64,000 nt of DNA, taken from a virus (Duplodnaviria > Caudoviricetes). Under the pieces are notes generated by a model, which worked only from the letters and a program-made list of their open reading frames with translations, did no database searches and was not told where the DNA came from. Positions 61,859 to 64,000 of this stretch are shown here, one piece after another. Within the stretch, counting starts at the first letter, position 1. Each line of letters starts with the position of its first letter. Made by a program: the position numbers and the translations under genes. The stretch is taken from IMG/VR virus record IMGVR_UViG_3300045391_006539; one strand, 5' to 3'.

Positions 61859-62981
61859 ATGGAATGGTGTTGGTCCGCTCCCTACTCTCTATGGACGTGC
61901 CGCAGGAGGTGCCACTCAAGAATGGGTGTGCTGGGTTGAAGGCTCAGACGTATGTGTACGCTGGGGGCAGCGTGGTGGGCAGATGCAAACCGCCCGATTC
62001 ACATGCGTTGCCAAGAATGCGGGTAGGGTGAATGCCACAACAGCTGAGCAGCAAGCTGTGAAAGAGGCTCGCTCGAAGTGGCGCAAAATGGTCAAGGTCA
62101 AATACAACGAGAACATCGAGATGGCAGGGGTGACCGAGCGCATCAAGCCCATGCTCGCAGAGACCTTCGCAGAACACGAGCACAAGCTGAAATACCCGGT
62201 CACCGTCCAACCCAAGCTCAATGGCCATCGTTGCCTCGCGTATCGAAAGAACGGCGAGGTGTTTCTACAGTCACGCAAGGGTGACCAGATTCGTTTGCCT
62301 CACGTCATCAACGACCTCCAGAACGTGCTCACTGGGTCTGGTCCCGTCCTAGATGGAGAGCTGTACATCCATGGCATGAGCCTCCAGAACATTGGCGCGC
62401 TCATCCGCCGTCCGAGACCCGAATCGCTCGCACTCGTCTACTGTGTCTTCGATGTACTTTTCACCTCCGGGGATACAGGTTCGTGGCTGGACCGATTGAC
62501 GTGGCTCGAGAGCTTCTTCCAAACGTATAGCCACCACTATCCGCTCGGAAGAGCTCTCTGGAAGGTTCCAGGTATCGACGCCCACTCCAAGCAGGAGGTC
62601 ATCGACATCAAAAAGATGTTCATGAACGAGGGGTATGAGGGCGCCATCGTACGGGCCCATGAAGGCGAGTATCGAATGGGCCATCGCAGTGCAGAACTCC
62701 TGAAGCTCAAGGACTGGAAAGATGGTGAGTATCCCATCGTCGGCTTCACCGTGGGTCGCGGCAAGTTCGAGAACGCGCCCATCTTCACGTGCAGAACCCC
62801 AGAAGGCAAGGACTTCGAGGTGACGCCCATGGGCACAGCCCCGGAACGCTATCAACTCCTGCTCGAAGCTCCGGGGCTCATTGGCAAATTGCTGACTGTG
62901 AAATATGCCGAGCTCACCGAAGAGGGGAAACCCTCTCATGCCCGTGGCGTGGCAATTCGTGACGAGAGTGACCTCTCGTGA
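61836..62981 (+). CDS. ATP-dependent DNA ligase with N-terminal WGR-like domain
   Basis: PMLA, QPKLNGHR (motif I), SRKG, LDGELY, VFDV, GYEGAIVR, LLKLK, OB fold TVKY..LT..GKP. Confidence 0.9.
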   Translation: MSVSDVDEWNGVGPLPTLYGRAAGGATQEWVCWVEGSDVCVRWGQRGGQMQTARFTCVAKNAGRVNATTAEQQAVKEARSKWRKMVKVKYNENIEMAGVTERIKPMLAETFAEHEHKLKYPVTVQPKLNGHRCLAYRKNGEVFLQSRKGDQIRLPHVINDLQNVLTGSGPVLDGELYIHGMSLQNIGALIRRPRPESLALVYCVFDVLFTSGDTGSWLDRLTWLESFFQTYSHHYPLGRALWKVPGIDAHSKQEVIDIKKMFMNEGYEGAIVRAHEGEYRMGHRSAELLKLKDWKDGEYPIVGFTVGRGKFENAPIFTCRTPEGKDFEVTPMGTAPERYQLLLEAPGLIGKLLTVKYAELTEEGKPSHARGVAIRDESDLS

Positions 62982-63583
62982 ACCCCGCAACACAGACTGG
63001 ACACATCAGCGACTGGAAGGTCACTTATCAGAACCTGACCCGTTGGCAGCGATTCAAGGCTCATGCCTGGGGCACACTGGCCTCTCACACAGAAGCCCAG
63101 TGGTTGAAAGCCAATGGTTGGACGTGCGTGGGTCCCAACCAATGGCTCTTGCCACTGTGGCATCCGCACAAGGAGAGAGCCTCATGCCCCAGTCGTGGGC
63201 ACTCGCGCTTCGACCACTCCTCAGTCGATGGGGAGCGTCGGTCACGCAAGATAGCCGAACCCTACGACCAGAACCACGCAGCAAACTCTCAGCGGAAGTA
63301 CTTCCGTGCTGAACACATTTGCCCCGCCACGGGGCAAATCTCATCCACGGCTCGCTACTCGAGATTCGTGTACATCTCGCATTGGTTACACGGTGTGGGC
63401 CTCGCATGTGCAGCCTATGGAGGAGGGGCTTACGGGCGTGCAGGGTCTCTCGGGTGGCGACCCGGTCTGTTTTTCCTAGCGGCCGCCCTGTGCTTGTGTT
63501 TATCTTGGCTCAGTTTCTTCAAGTCCCGACGTGAGTTCGAACTCGACCTCGTGGAACGAAGACTCGGAAGGCAAGGTTCATGA
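62978..63583 (+). CDS. Hypothetical membrane protein
   Basis: GTGA-coupled; C-terminal hydrophobic segments. Confidence 0.45.
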   Translation: MNPATQTGHISDWKVTYQNLTRWQRFKAHAWGTLASHTEAQWLKANGWTCVGPNQWLLPLWHPHKERASCPSRGHSRFDHSSVDGERRSRKIAEPYDQNHAANSQRKYFRAEHICPATGQISSTARYSRFVYISHWLHGVGLACAAYGGGAYGRAGSLGWRPGLFFLAAALCLCLSWLSFFKSRREFELDLVERRLGRQGS

Positions 63584-63618
63584 CATGAGCGCATTGGTGG
63601 CCATCGAATTGGTGGTAG

Positions 63619-64000
63619 ATGCAAAACGAGTGGAGCAAGAGAACGCGCTATTGGTCACGGTGGGCACCCATCGTGAGAACGACTCCGAGCGGCAAGACAA
63701 TGTTCGTCTGCCTCATCTGCGGCGAGTCGACTCCAGCACCGAGAAACGATTGTCCGGAGTGGGAAGAACCACACGGAGAGCGATTCGACCGTCTCGACCC
63801 GAGACTCGCTGATAGGTTCGAGAGCGACTTTCACAACCTCAATTCATGCAGGAGTGTCGAACTACTCATCAATGTAGCCATCGACCGACACGCAGATAGA
63901 TTCAAAGAGGACCTGGTCGAAGACCATCTTCGACCAGAATCCGAGAAGTATTGTGGGCTCTGCCATGGCTGGGGCTGTCAATCGTGCCTCGGCAAAGGCA
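63619..64000 (+). CDS. 3'-truncated protein with Zn-finger motifs
   Basis: Open from ATG 63619 to the edge; CLICG and CGLCHGWGCQSCLGKG (DnaJ-type CxxCxGxG). Confidence 0.5.
   Translation, partial: MQNEWSKRTRYWSRWAPIVRTTPSGKTMFVCLICGESTPAPRNDCPEWEEPHGERFDRLDPRLADRFESDFHNLNSCRSVELLINVAIDRHADRFKEDLVEDHLRPESEKYCGLCHGWGCQSCLGKG

Noticed and set aside
1-64000. CRISPR array, tRNA/rRNA, integrase or IS, stop-codon reassignment
   Set aside because: No spaced direct repeats, cloverleafs or transposase/integrase motifs noticed by eye; known genes are full-length in the standard code and end at TAG, TGA or TAA

Overview
A 64-kb, GC-rich (roughly 60-65% by eye), densely coding segment of a large contractile-tailed (myovirus-type, probably jumbo) phage. 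It is mostly on the + strand. I saw no tRNA, rRNA or CRISPR array, and no terminase, portal or prohead protease gene. Recognisable genes: major capsid protein, neck/adaptor proteins, 1024-aa tail sheath, tail tube, a tail-assembly-chaperone-like gene with a -1 slippery site, tape measure, two baseplate-hub-like proteins, GroES, dNMP kinase, ThyX, RNase HII, HAD deoxyribonucleotidase, ATP-dependent DNA ligase, SNF2-type helicase, GNAT acetyltransferase, ORF6N-type antirepressor and a FliA/WhiG-like sigma factor. The most interesting signal is a coherent inferred system with three parts. (1) A recurring (F..L)-x-K-x-A motif marks about a dozen head-region proteins, the capsid N-terminus, and short leaders or flanks on a ferritin-like domain, the helicase, an InPase domain and the sigma factor; it looks like a capsid-targeting/maturation-cleavage signal. 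(2) Nine exactly spaced sigma28-like promoters (NCAA-N15-NGGVATAA) precede small non-structural units, several closed by hairpin terminators with a shared TAGCC tail. (3) Structural and cargo genes use -10-only (TANNNT) promoters, mostly leaderless. Together these suggest a phage that makes its sigma factor late, packages it and injects it to start early transcription. Also noted: a candidate +1 frameshift, an orphan ~125-nt transcription unit, a GH5 pseudoenzyme among baseplate genes and apparent GATC avoidance. All functional calls come from motif recognition by eye, not database searches.
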